Assembly (NCBI GenBank): GCA_965225945.1
Contig: CBDDBZ010000036.1
Coordinates: 320,001-384,000 of the forward strand
Direction of reading: 5' to 3'
Length of the DNA: 64,000 nucleotides
From: Alphaproteobacteria bacterium
GTDB taxonomy: Bacteria > Pseudomonadota > Alphaproteobacteria > GCA-2731375
In this document: one piece after another, positions 52,420-62,657 of the stretch
How the letters are laid out: each line of letters begins with the position of its first letter
Position numbering within the stretch: the first letter of the stretch is position 1
Position numbers and translations under genes: made by a program
Notes under the pieces: generated by a model
Seen by the model: the letters and a program-made list of their open reading frames with translations, nothing else
Told to the model about the DNA's origin: nothing
Database searches by the model: none

Positions 52420-53739
52420 CTATTCCGTGACCCGGCTGAGCGCATCCTCGGGCGACAGCGTCTCCCGTTCGCCGTCGCGCCGCCGCTTGACCTCGACGGT
52501 GCCCCCTTGGACGCCGCGCGGGCCGACGACGAGCTGCCAGGGAAGGCCGATCAGGTCCATGGTCGCGAACTTGGCCCCCGCCCGCTCGTCGGTGTCGTCA
52601 TGCAAGACCTCGACGCCGGCGACACGGAGCTTGCCATGGAGTTCCTCGGCCAGCGCGTCGCAGCCCGCATCGCCGGTCTTGAGGTTGATCAGGCCGACGC
52701 GGAAGGGCGCCACGCTCTCGGGCCAGATGATGCCGTCGTCGTCATGGCTCGCCTCGATGATGCCGCCGACCAGGCGGCTGACCCCGATGCCGTAGGAGCC
52801 CATCTCGACCGCCACCTGTTCGCCGTCGGGGCCGGTCACGAAAGCACCCAGGGTCTTCGAATATTTGGTGCCGAAATAGAAAATGTGCCCGACCTCGATG
52901 CCGCGCGCCTCGACGCGCTTGTCCTCGGGGACTTCGGTGGCGAAGCGCTCGGCGTCGTGCTGGTCGTCCGTCGCCGCATAGAGCCTGGTCCAGCGCTCGA
53001 CGATCGGCTGCAGGTCGGCCTCGTAGTCGACAGTGCTCTCGATGGGGTCGAAATCGATGAAATCGCCGTGGCAATAGACCTGCGATTCACCGGTATCCGC
53101 CAGGATCAGGAACTCGTGGCTCATGTCGCCGCCGATGGGGCCCGATTCCGCCTCCATGGGAATCGCCTTCAGTCCCATCCGGGCGAAGGTTCTGAGATAG
53201 GCCACGAACATCTTGTTGTAGGAGTGGCGGGCGCCGGCGAAGTCGAAATCGAATGAATAGTTGTCCTTCATCAAGAATTCCCGCCCGCGCATCACGCCGA
53301 AGCGGGGGCGCACCTCGTCGCGGAACTTCCATTGAATGTGATAGAGATTGCGGGGCAGTTGACGGTAGCTGTGGATCGAATTCTTGAAGATGTCGGTGAT
53401 CAGCTCCTCGTTGGTGGGGCCATAGAGCATCGCCCGCTCGTGCCGATCGGTGATCCTGAGCATCTCCTTGCCGTAATCCTCGTAGCGCCCGCTTTCGATC
53501 CAGAGGTCGGCCGACTGGATGGTCGGCATCAGGACTTCCTGGGCGCCGGTCGCGTTCTGCTCCTCGCGGACGATTCGCTCGATTCTGTCCATCACCCTGA
53601 GGCCCAGCGGCAGCCAGGAGTAGATCCCGGCCGCGGCCTGGCGGATCATCCCCGCCCTGAGCATCAGGCGATGCGAGACGATCTGCGCCTCGGCCGGATT
53701 CTCCCGCAGGATCGGCATGAAGTACTGGGTCATTCGCAT
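52420..53739 (-). CDS. proS: Proline--tRNA ligase (short alphaproteobacterial type)
   Basis: [47 protein letters not shown]. Confidence 0.96.
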   Translation of the reverse strand: MRMTQYFMPILRENPAEAQIVSHRLMLRAGMIRQAAAGIYSWLPLGLRVMDRIERIVREEQNATGAQEVLMPTIQSADLWIESGRYEDYGKEMLRITDRHERAMLYGPTNEELITDIFKNSIHSYRQLPRNLYHIQWKFRDEVRPRFGVMRGREFLMKDNYSFDFDFAGARHSYNKMFVAYLRTFARMGLKAIPMEAESGPIGGDMSHEFLILADTGESQVYCHGDFIDFDPIESTVDYEADLQPIVERWTRLYAATDDQHDAERFATEVPEDKRVEARGIEVGHIFYFGTKYSKTLGAFVTGPDGEQVAVEMGSYGIGVSRLVGGIIEASHDDDGIIWPESVAPFRVGLINLKTGDAGCDALAEELHGKLRVAGVEVLHDDTDERAGAKFATMDLIGLPWQLVVGPRGVQGGTVEVKRRRDGERETLSPEDALSRVTE

Positions 53740-53926
53740 GGGCTCACTCCCGAGCGGCGCGCGCACCCTTGCCTCGCAAGGCGGTGATTTAATCTATTAA
53801 ATTCAATCTCGTAAACAGCGACTCAAATGCGAACTCTCAAGCCTCCGACGGGTCCGGATCTGCCATGACCGGGCGCCCGCGAGGCCGGCCCCTGCCTAAC
53901 ACGGGACCCTTGGCGGCGTCGAGGGC

Positions 53927-55675
53927 TCATCCCGGCAGGCCGGCCGCGGACAGCGTTCGCGACAGGCGCTCGCGCACTCCCGACGGCCAGAGGGGCCAGC
54001 GCGCCATGACATGCTCGATCGTCAGTTCCGGATATTGTGCGGCCAGCTCCGCCACGATCTCGCGCGCGGCCTCGCCTCGCTCCCGCGTCACGTGGAAATC
54101 GGCGAGAAAGACTCGCGGCCAGGGGATGTGATCGCTCGCAACCGTCACGGCCGCCGTCAACGCCGTTTCCGCGCCCTCGGGGTCGCCCAGCTCCACCAGA
54201 CACCAGCCACGCCCGATCTCCGTCGCCCAGCGCAGGGGATCGCGCGGGCTCAGGCGAACGAACCGATCGCCGCTCTCCAGCGCCTCGCGGTACCGTCCGT
54301 CGAGCAGCAGCGCCGACGTCATGGCCTGATAGCCGAGCGCGAAATTCGGGTTGAGCGCGACCGCGTGGCGCGTTTCGGCGATCGCCCGCCCCAAATCACC
54401 CTTCCAATAGAGTGCGCGACCGTGCTGGGCATGGGCGAAGGGGTCGCGATCGTCGGCCGCCACCGCCTTCTCGGCCAGCGCCAGGCATTTGTTCCGCGCC
54501 GCGTCGACATCGTCGACGAAACTCATGTAGGCGGAATCGTAAAGCAGCCAGGAATAACCAGCGTAGGCCGTGGCGAAACCGGGGTCGGCCGCGATCGCCC
54601 GCTCGAACAGCGACTCGGCCTCGGCCGAATGCCCGCGGTCGCGACGATCGAGGTGCCACATGGCGCGGTGGCAGAGGTCCCAGGCATCGAACTGCTCCGG
54701 CGGCTTTCGGGCGGCCCGCTGGCGCTCGGCGCCCGCGAGTTCCGGCTCGACCGCAACGACGATCGCCTGTTGAATTTCGTCCTGTAGATCGAAGACGTCG
54801 ACCAGTTCCCGGTCGTAACGCTCTGCCCAAATGTGGTTGCCGCTCGCCGCCTCGATGAGCTGCGCGGTGACGCGAACGCGGTTGCCGGCCTTGCGAACGC
54901 TGCCTTCCAATACGTAGCGCACGCCCAACTCGCGGCCGACCACCTTCACGTCCACGGCCGAGCCCTTGTAGGTAAAGCTGGAATTGCGGGCGATGACGAA
55001 GAACCAGCGAAACTTCGAGAGCGCGGTGATGATGTCCTCGGCGATGCCGTCGGCGAAGTATTCCTGCTCCGGGTCGCCCGACATGTTGGCGAAGGGCAGG
55101 ACGGCGATCGAGGGCTTGTCGGGCAGGGAAGGCGCTGCCCTGGGCGCGATACCCGGCGACCAAGCCCAGACCCGGATCGGACGGGCGATGTTCTTGAGGC
55201 TCTGCTCGCCGCGATCCTCGAAGCGGGCGTCCAGGCGATCGCGCACATCCTCGTGGACCCGGTGGGAGACGGCGATGCCGCCGGGCTCGGCGACCTCCTG
55301 TAAGCGCGCCGCGACGTTGACCCCGTCGCCCAGGATGTCCTCGCCATCGATGATGATGTCGCCCTGATTGACGCCCACGCGGAAGACGATGCGTTCATCC
55401 TCGGACACGTCCGCGTTGCGCGCGGCCAGGCCCTCTTGGGTTTCGATCGCGCAGCGGGTCGCCGCGACCACCGAGGGGAACTCCAGCAGCAAGCCGTCGC
55501 CCATGGTCTTGACGATCCGTCCGCCGTGCGTCGCAATCAAAGGATCGATCAGCTCGCGGCGATGGGCGCGCAAGCGGTCGAGCGTTCCTGTCTCGTCCAC
55601 GCCCATGAGACGGGAATAGCCGACGACATCCGCCGCCACGATCACCGCCAACCTGCGCTGCATCCCCTCCGCCAT
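53927..55675 (-). CDS. Class III cyclase-like / TolB-N / TPR protein
   Basis: ADVVGYSRLM, KTMGDG, GDGVNVAARL, PSIAVLPF.NMS.DPEQEYFADG, TPR tail. Confidence 0.88.
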   Translation of the reverse strand: MAEGMQRRLAVIVAADVVGYSRLMGVDETGTLDRLRAHRRELIDPLIATHGGRIVKTMGDGLLLEFPSVVAATRCAIETQEGLAARNADVSEDERIVFRVGVNQGDIIIDGEDILGDGVNVAARLQEVAEPGGIAVSHRVHEDVRDRLDARFEDRGEQSLKNIARPIRVWAWSPGIAPRAAPSLPDKPSIAVLPFANMSGDPEQEYFADGIAEDIITALSKFRWFFVIARNSSFTYKGSAVDVKVVGRELGVRYVLEGSVRKAGNRVRVTAQLIEAASGNHIWAERYDRELVDVFDLQDEIQQAIVVAVEPELAGAERQRAARKPPEQFDAWDLCHRAMWHLDRRDRGHSAEAESLFERAIAADPGFATAYAGYSWLLYDSAYMSFVDDVDAARNKCLALAEKAVAADDRDPFAHAQHGRALYWKGDLGRAIAETRHAVALNPNFALGYQAMTSALLLDGRYREALESGDRFVRLSPRDPLRWATEIGRGWCLVELGDPEGAETALTAAVTVASDHIPWPRVFLADFHVTRERGEAAREIVAELAAQYPELTIEHVMARWPLWPSGVRERLSRTLSAAGLPG

Positions 55676-55737
55676 GGGCTGGAGTGTAGTCAAGCGGCTG
55701 GGCGGTAGGAACGCATTTCCATACCTGCTGGAGCCGG

Positions 55738-56388
55738 CTATTCGTGGCGGTAGCCGTCTTCGGCGAGGATGGAGAGAAATTCGCGCCGGGTCGAGGCGTC
55801 CTTGCGGAAGCTGCCGAGCATGCGGCTGGTCACCATGTCGACGCCGGGATTGTGCACGCCGCGCGTGGTCATGCATTGATGCGCCGCCTTGACGACCACG
55901 CCGATACCCAGCGGTTTCAGCACGTCCTCGATGGTGTTGGCGATCTGCGCCGTCAACTTCTCCTGGATCTGCAGGCGCTTGGCATAGATTTCGACGATCC
56001 GGGCGAGCTTGGAGATGCCGACGACGCGTCGCCTCGGCAGGTAGCCGATATGGACGACGCCGATGATCGGCGCCATGTGATGCTCGCAGTGGCTCTCGAA
56101 GCGGATGTTGCGCAGCACGACCATCTCGTCGTAGCCCTCGACCTCCTCGAAGGTGCGCCGGAGGATCTCCACCGGATCCTCGCGGTAGCCGGCGTAGTAT
56201 TCATCGTAGCTGCGGACCACACGGTCGGGCGTGCCCGCCAGGCCCTCGCGCCTCGGATCGTCGCCGGCCCAACGGATCAGGGTCTCGACCGCTCGCAAGG
56301 CGTCCTCCCGGCTCGGGCGCTCGGGCCTCGCCGCGCCGTCGTCGGCGCCGTGAATTTCGGTGACCTTACCGGTATTGCCTATCGCCAT
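55738..56388 (-). CDS. folE: GTP cyclohydrolase I
   Basis: [33 protein letters not shown]. Confidence 0.95.
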   Translation of the reverse strand: MAIGNTGKVTEIHGADDGAARPERPSREDALRAVETLIRWAGDDPRREGLAGTPDRVVRSYDEYYAGYREDPVEILRRTFEEVEGYDEMVVLRNIRFESHCEHHMAPIIGVVHIGYLPRRRVVGISKLARIVEIYAKRLQIQEKLTAQIANTIEDVLKPLGIGVVVKAAHQCMTTRGVHNPGVDMVTSRMLGSFRKDASTRREFLSILAEDGYRHE

Positions 56389-56560
56389 GCTCGATTCTCC
56401 ACCAACCCGTTTCCGACAGCCCTCGAGTACCGTGGGCGCAATAGACCACCGCCGCCCCGCCGCGCCAAGCGCCTTCGCCCTTCGGCTCGCGGAGCCTCGC
56501 CGGCCGGTGGAGCACGCGCGGGCTGACGCCAGCGCCGAGAGAGCTATATCATTCCACGCC

Positions 56561-57019
56561 ATGAGACGAGCAATGAATTGGTGGACCTCGGCTTTTGTCG
56601 CCGTCTGGGCGGTGCTGGCGCCGGCCGGCGCGTTGCCCGAGGAAATTCGCGGCGCGGTCGAGGTCGTCGACGGCGATACCCTGCGGGTCGGCGGCGTGGC
56701 GCTCGATCTCGCCGGCATCAGGGCGCCGGTCCCGGGCACGATCTGCGAGGTGGCGGGCAAGGCCATCGACTGCGGGCGGATCGCCACCACCGCGCTGATG
56801 GATCTTACGGCGGGTGCCCGCGTGGTCTGCCGGAGGCTCGGCGGTGGGCAAGGGGAGGCGGCACGGCTCGCCCGCTGCACCGCGGGCGGCTACGACCTCT
56901 CGGAAGGAATGGCCTACACCGGCTGGGCCGTGGCCGAGCCGCCGGGCACTTCCCGTTACGCCCGCCACGAGCGCGACGCCCGTACCCGGGGCCGGGGCAT
57001 GTGGCGCCGCAAGCGCTGA
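56561..57019 (+). CDS. Thermonuclease (SNase-like) family secreted protein
   Basis: Signal peptide; VVDGDTL, L.GI.AP, C....CG, GWA, A....RGMW; several catalytic positions look degenerate. Confidence 0.75.
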   Translation: MRRAMNWWTSAFVAVWAVLAPAGALPEEIRGAVEVVDGDTLRVGGVALDLAGIRAPVPGTICEVAGKAIDCGRIATTALMDLTAGARVVCRRLGGGQGEAARLARCTAGGYDLSEGMAYTGWAVAEPPGTSRYARHERDARTRGRGMWRRKR

Positions 57020-57162
57020 GGCGCCGTCGGGGTCATTCGTCGCGCGTGAAAAAGTCCCTCGGCTTCGCCTCGGTAGCGGTTTTCACGATCAACCACTTGC
57101 TCCCGGAACCGCTCGGGTGCTTAGCTTCTCGTCGGCGCGGCGAACGAGCTGGCGATGCAATC

Positions 57163-58947
57163 TTGAGCCGAGTACACGAGCGAACCTTCGTCTGGCAATT
57201 CGAGCACCCGGTCGAGGCGATCTGGCCGGCGCTGGCCGACACCCAACGCTTCAACGAAGCGGCCGGCCTGCCGAAGCACGAGATCACCGAAACCGTGCGC
57301 GAGGACGGCTCGGTCCGCTACCACGCGCACACCCGTTTCAAGGGCTTCGAGCTCAGGTGGCGGGAGATTCCGGTGGAATGGATCGAGCATCGCTGGTTTC
57401 GCCACCAGAGAGTGTTCGAATCCGGCCCGCTCAGGACCATCGACGCCCAGCTCTCCTTCAGCCCCACGGAGGCCGGCTGCGTCGGTCATTATCGGCTGCG
57501 GGCGAGCGCCGCCAATCCGATCGGCGCAGCACTTCTCGGCCTCGGATTCTTCCCGAGCGCCGAGAAGAATTTCGGCCGCCTGGCCGACGATGCCGAGGCG
57601 TGGGTGGCGGGCGGGCGGCAGCGCATGTTCGGCCCGCCGCCGCCAGCGCCGTCGCCGCAACACCGGGCCGAGATCGACATGCTGGCGCGCCGCGTGGAGG
57701 AGAGCGGCAACGGCCACGACCTCGCCGGCCGGATCGCCGAGTGGTGCCTGACCGGCCAGGAGGTCGATCTGACACATATGCGCGCCCGCGAACTGGCGCG
57801 TCGCTGGGGCGTCTCGGATCGGCCGGTGATCGAAGCCTGCCTCCAAGCCGTGCGCGAAGGGATGCTGGAACTCCGCTGGGATCTGCTCTGTCCCCGCTGC
57901 CGGGGGGCGAAGCTGACCGTCACCAGCCTCGACCAACTGCCGAGGGAGGCGCATTGCGGCGCCTGCAACATCGGCTACGAGCGAGACTTCGCCAAGAACG
58001 TGGAGTTGACCTTCCGCCCGGCGCCCCGGGTCCGCGACATCGCCGACGGCGAATACTGTCTCTTCGGGCCGATGTCGACGTCCCACGTCAAGGCCCAAAT
58101 CATCGTCCCCCCGGGCGGGGAACGCGCCTTCGACGGCGTGTTCGGAGCCGGGCCTTATCGCCTGAGAACGCTGGAGATCGGCGGCGCGAGCGAGATCGAA
58201 TACGCGGGCGAGATTTTCCCGGCGGTGGTGGCGCGCGGGGGCGGTGTCGAGGCGGGGGAGGGTGGCCGGCCCGGCCGGCTGGTCTTGCGCAACGAGGAGG
58301 ACCGGCCGAGGACGGTCATCGTCGAGTCCCGTGCCTGGGTCGAAACCGCGCTCACCGCGCATCGGGTCACCATGCTGCAGGGCTTCCGCGACCTCTTTCC
58401 GAACGAGAGCTTGGCGCCGGGGAAGGAAGCGGACATCTCCCAGGTGGTGCTGATGTTCACCGACCTCGAGGGCTCGACCGCGCTCTACGAGCGGGTCGGG
58501 GACGGGGCCGCCTATCGGATGGTGCGGCGCCATTTCGCGCTCCTCGCCGCCGTCGTGCGGGCCCACGACGGGGCCATGGTGAAGACCATCGGCGACGCCG
58601 TCATGGCCGCCTTCGCGCGGCCCGGGGATGCGGTCGGCGCCGCGCTCGACGCGATCCGCGAGGTCGGAAACGATGCCGACGACTTGGTGATCAAGATCGG
58701 CATCCACGCCGGACCCTGCGTCGCCGTCACGCTCAACGATCGGCTGGACTATTTCGGCGGTACGGTGAATCTCGCCGCGCGTCTCCAGGGCGAGAGCCGG
58801 GGCGGCGATATCGTGCTGTCCGAGACCGTCGCCGCCGACGCCGAGGTCGCGGCGGCAATCGCCGGCTGTCGGGTGGAGTACGAAAGCGCGGAATTGAGGG
58901 GCTTCGATGCAGCCGTCGGCTTCCACCGGATCTGGCCGATGGGCTGA
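57163..58947 (+). CDS. SRPBCC-like + zinc-binding (DUF5939-like) + class III adenylate/guanylate cyclase
   Basis: W..LADT.RFN, WDLLCPRC..HC..C, FTDLEGST.LY, KTIGDAVMA, DYFG.TVNLAARL; start uncertain. Confidence 0.82.
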   Translation: MSRVHERTFVWQFEHPVEAIWPALADTQRFNEAAGLPKHEITETVREDGSVRYHAHTRFKGFELRWREIPVEWIEHRWFRHQRVFESGPLRTIDAQLSFSPTEAGCVGHYRLRASAANPIGAALLGLGFFPSAEKNFGRLADDAEAWVAGGRQRMFGPPPPAPSPQHRAEIDMLARRVEESGNGHDLAGRIAEWCLTGQEVDLTHMRARELARRWGVSDRPVIEACLQAVREGMLELRWDLLCPRCRGAKLTVTSLDQLPREAHCGACNIGYERDFAKNVELTFRPAPRVRDIADGEYCLFGPMSTSHVKAQIIVPPGGERAFDGVFGAGPYRLRTLEIGGASEIEYAGEIFPAVVARGGGVEAGEGGRPGRLVLRNEEDRPRTVIVESRAWVETALTAHRVTMLQGFRDLFPNESLAPGKEADISQVVLMFTDLEGSTALYERVGDGAAYRMVRRHFALLAAVVRAHDGAMVKTIGDAVMAAFARPGDAVGAALDAIREVGNDADDLVIKIGIHAGPCVAVTLNDRLDYFGGTVNLAARLQGESRGGDIVLSETVAADAEVAAAIAGCRVEYESAELRGFDAAVGFHRIWPMG

Positions 58948-59025
58948 GCATGCTCCCGCGATTGTGAGCGACGTGCTCGCGGTTCCCGGCTATTCTCGCG
59001 GTATTGGCGAGCATGAAGACGGTGT

Positions 59026-59682
59026 GTGGCGGCGGCGATGGTCCAAGTGGTGTGGTGGATGGTTTTCCGGGCCGGGGCGAGCGCCCTCGTCGTGCTGGTC
59101 ATGGCAGGCTGCACGCGGCTTCCAGATTCTTATGTATACCTTCAAGAAAAGACCGAAAGTATCCCCCAACAAGGGAATTTCACCATTTGTCACGGCTATG
59201 ACTGCACCTTCCGCACGGCCCTGTCCCTGGACCGGGCGGAGTGGGGGCGGGTGCGCGCGGTTTTCGATCCGGCGCCGCTTTCGGCGGCCGAGGAGCGCGC
59301 GGCGATCTCGCGCTCGATCGCCCTTCTGGAACGCATCGTCGGCGCCCGGCTCGGCACCGACAAGGACATCGGCGGCATCGCCTTCAAGCGCGCCGGCGAC
59401 CGGACGCAGCTCGACTGCATCGACGAGAGCACCAACACCACGACCTACCTGGTGCTGCTGGCGGGCGATGATCTGCTGCGCTACCACGCCGTCGCCCGGC
59501 CGGCCTCGCGCGGCGTATTCCTCGATTTCCGCTGGTATCACCAGAGCGCGGTGATCGTCGAATTCGGCACCGGCACGGAATACGTCGTCGACAGTTGGGT
59601 CGAGGCCAATGGCGAGCCGCCGTTGATGACGACGCTGGGCAACTGGCAAACCAGCTACGGCCGCCCCGACGTCGAGGGATAG
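59026..59682 (+). CDS. Hypothetical lipoprotein
   Basis: Lipobox MAGC; CHGYDC, Q.DCIDESTNTT.YL, H..AV, VDSW (possible Cys-His-Asp triad). Confidence 0.7.
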   Translation: MAAAMVQVVWWMVFRAGASALVVLVMAGCTRLPDSYVYLQEKTESIPQQGNFTICHGYDCTFRTALSLDRAEWGRVRAVFDPAPLSAAEERAAISRSIALLERIVGARLGTDKDIGGIAFKRAGDRTQLDCIDESTNTTTYLVLLAGDDLLRYHAVARPASRGVFLDFRWYHQSAVIVEFGTGTEYVVDSWVEANGEPPLMTTLGNWQTSYGRPDVEG

Positions 59683-59698
59683 CCCCGCGCGGGGCGCG

Positions 59699-60349
59699 AT
59701 GAGCGATCTCTATCTCCATCACCGGGTGGTGGCGGCGCCGAGGCGATGGCGCTCGCTCGCCGCCGCGCTGAGCGGCGGCGGCGCGAAGCGGCTCAACGCG
59801 GCGGGCGGCGCGCTCTACGGCGTCTGGCGCAGCCAGATCGGCCGGCCGCGCGACGAATTGACGGTCATGACCGTATGGCCCGACACCAGGCGCGCGGCGG
59901 GGGCCGAGGCGCGCCTGTTGGACGGCGTGGCCGACGTCGTCGGCTGCGAGAGCGAGGCGATGGCGCCGACGCTCAGGCCGTCGGACGCCGATCCGCCGCG
60001 CCGGCAAGGCAACTATGCGTTTCGCTGGTTCGAGACGCCGAGGGCCGATTGGGACGAATTTCTCGAGCTCTGCGCGGCCGCCTGGCCGGGCTTCGAAGCC
60101 GCTTACGACTCGGCCGTGATCGGGCTCTGGCGGTGCCTCGAGGGGGGCGACGAAACCAACCGCGGCCTGCTGCTGACGCGCCGGCCGGATCTCGCGATGT
60201 GGGAGCGTTCGAAGATCCCGCGGAACGATGCGGAGGAGATCGTTCGCCGCCGGCTGAGCCGGCGCTACGATCTTTGCGAGTGGACCTGTGTCTACACCAC
60301 GACGCTGCTGAGCGCCCGGGACCGGGACGACACGGTTCGGTGGGCCTGA
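59699..60349 (+). CDS. Hypothetical protein, NIPSNAP/dimeric alpha-beta barrel-like
   Basis: Two similar halves with G.W motifs; LLLTR.PDLA.WERS. Confidence 0.55.
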   Translation: MSDLYLHHRVVAAPRRWRSLAAALSGGGAKRLNAAGGALYGVWRSQIGRPRDELTVMTVWPDTRRAAGAEARLLDGVADVVGCESEAMAPTLRPSDADPPRRQGNYAFRWFETPRADWDEFLELCAAAWPGFEAAYDSAVIGLWRCLEGGDETNRGLLLTRRPDLAMWERSKIPRNDAEEIVRRRLSRRYDLCEWTCVYTTTLLSARDRDDTVRWA

Positions 60350-60659
60350 ACGAGCCACGGGGTCCGGGCGGGCGGCGCGGGTGAAGGCGATCCTTCGAAC
60401 GCGACAGAGCTCTCCGTCGTCCCCCGAATGATGCGGATCGATAGCCCGCCGTCGCCGCCGCGATGCCGACAATGATTTGTCGCTTGTCCTTGCCACGCCC
60501 TGAATAGGGCGGGATAATGGCGTCGGCGGTGGAGAGAGAGGCTAGCACTGAACCAGGCGATGGCCGGCGTCGAGATCAGGAACGTTTACAAGTCGTTCGG
60601 CAGGGTCGAAGTGATCCACGGCGTCAGCGTCGACATCGACGACGGCGAGTTCGTGGTCC

Positions 60660-60690
<31 letters not shown>

Positions 60691-60997
60691 GCTGCTCAGG
60701 ATGATCGCGGGCCTGGAGCCGATCACCGGCGGCGAGATCGCCATTGGCGAGCGAGTGGTCAACATGATGCCGCCGAAGGAACGCGACGTCGCCATGGTGT
60801 TCCAGAAGGGACTTATAAAGACTACTTGAAATCACCATCCGCGAAGTCCCGGGCTGGATCAGGCATCCCAGGTCTCATCTCTCAGAGATCCCTGGTTCCA
60901 AGACCATATTCACGGACAACAGTTCGTCTTGAGCTTCTTTGAGGTCAACTACCGCGCGGCGGAGATCGTCGCAATTCAGGGTGCTCTGATCTGGCCG

Positions 60998-61180
60998 TTA
61001 GATAGCTCGAAATCGAGCTCCCGTACGGACTGACGGACATTGGACGGATTCTCCGACAAGGCGCTCTATGGCGCGGCCATCATTCTTTAGCTTTTGTTCG
61101 AGAATCTGAATATCGCGGCGGAGTTCGTCGCGACGCCTGATGTTCTCTAGAACCGCGGTCGCGCGTTCATCTTCTGTCAT
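60998..61180 (-). CDS. Cassette passenger ORF, small coiled-coil-like, possibly frameshifted
   Basis: MTEDERATAVLENIRRRDELRRDIQILEQKLK; coding-like continuation in another frame. Confidence 0.4.
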   Translation of the reverse strand: MTEDERATAVLENIRRRDELRRDIQILEQKLKNDGRAIERLVGESVQCPSVRTGARFRAI

Positions 61181-61321
61181 GGGATCATTCTCTCATTCCT
61201 TTGACCTTCTGGCCGAATTCTTTGGCATCCTGATAACGCTTGTCCCGCGCGTTCGCCATCATGAGCCGCTCGTAGTCATCCCAAAACTCATCGTCGGCCT
61301 TTGGATGGGGAGCACCAAGGC

Positions 61322-61648
61322 CTATGTGGCCGAGACGGCGCAGGAGCCGTAGCGAGTTGCAAGCCTCCGAGTGTGCGGATGATCCGGAGACGACGATGTG
61401 AACTCCTCCATCGCGGCCAAGAACTCACGATCCCGTCTCCGAAGACTACGCCAATCGAGTGACTTGCTTAGCAGCCACAAGAATATAAACATGCCGCCGA
61501 TGGTAACCGCCACGGTTGAAGGCGTGCCGCTCATGAAGCTGAGCCAGTCGCCCCAAATGCGGAAGCCATCCAAGGCGCCGGGAATGCCCAGCGCAAAAGA
61601 ACCCGCCCCGATCACAGTGAACCACCTGTTGCCGAAGAATTTGAACAT
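61322..61648 (-). CDS. Cassette passenger ORF, two-TM membrane protein, possibly frameshifted
   Basis: Two hydrophobic segments followed by a charged region. Confidence 0.45.
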   Translation of the reverse strand: MFKFFGNRWFTVIGAGSFALGIPGALDGFRIWGDWLSFMSGTPSTVAVTIGGMFIFLWLLSKSLDWRSLRRRDREFLAAMEEFTSSSPDHPHTRRLATRYGSCAVSAT

Positions 61649-61920
61649 CCCCGAATAGTCGGGAGTCCGCCCGCCACCGTCAAGTGGGCTTTATAAGTCC
61701 CTTCCAGAACTATGCCCTCTATCCCCATATGAAGGTTTACGACAACCTGGCCTTCAGCCTGACGCTCAGGAAGGCGGAGAAGAACGTCGTCGACGAACGG
61801 GTACGCCGAGCCGCCGAGATCCTCAACCTGACCGAGTTGCTGGACCGCTACCCCAGGCAGCTTTCGGGTGGCCAACGCCAGCGCGTCGCGATGGGTCGGG
61901 CGATCGTTCGCGACCCACAA

Positions 61921-61952
<32 letters not shown>

Positions 61953-62657
61953 GGACGCCAAGCTCAGGGTGCAGATGCGGACGGAGATCAAGGAGTTGCA
62001 CCAACGGCTCGGCACCACCACGGTCTATGTCACCCACGATCAGATCGAGGCGCTGACCATGGCCGACCGTATCGTCGTCATGCACGACGGCATCGTCGAG
62101 CAGATCGGCGCGCCATTGCATCTCTACGACGACCCGAGCAATCTCTTCGTCGCCGGCTTCATCGGCTCGCCCGCGATGAACTTCCTACCCGGCACGGTGC
62201 GAAAGAACGGCGCCGCCACCTGGGTGGAGGCGGACGATGGCACCAGGTTGCCGATGGCGGACGGTCACCACACCGACGAGGGACGTCGGGTCACCTACGG
62301 CATTCGCCCCGAGCACCTCATCCTCGCGAACGGCGCGGGTGGCGCCGGCATCGAGAGCCGGGTCGTGGTGGTCGAGCCGACGGGCGCGGAGACCCTGGTG
62401 GTCGGCCGTGCCGCCGGTCACGAGTTGAACGTCGTCTTTCGCGAGCGTCATCGGTTCCGGCCGGGCGATACCATCACGCTGTTGCCGGCGCTGGAATATA
62501 TTCGTCTTTTCGATGCGGAGACGGGACAGCGAATTTAGACGGTGCCGGGAGCGCTGGCTCGTTGCAGGGCTTAAGGAAATCGGCACGCTCGAGGACGGCT
62601 GGGACTGCCATGTGAAGGGATCAGTGAACCGCAGACAGATCTAGGGAGGATCGCACC

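Larger units (their letters stand above)
60808..61701. mobile_element. Non-autonomous TIR cassette (IS1595-like ends) with passenger ORFs
   Basis: 22-bp TIRs GGGACTTATAAAGACTACTTGA / GGGACTTATAAAGCCCACTTGA; 8-bp TSD TTCCAGAA at 60800-60807 and 61702-61709; no transposase. Confidence 0.88.

Noticed and set aside
60808-61701. Self-splicing intron or intein in the ABC ATPase
   Set aside because: Out of frame with stops, has TIRs and a TSD, and shows no group I/II motifs by eye; RNA-level removal remains untested
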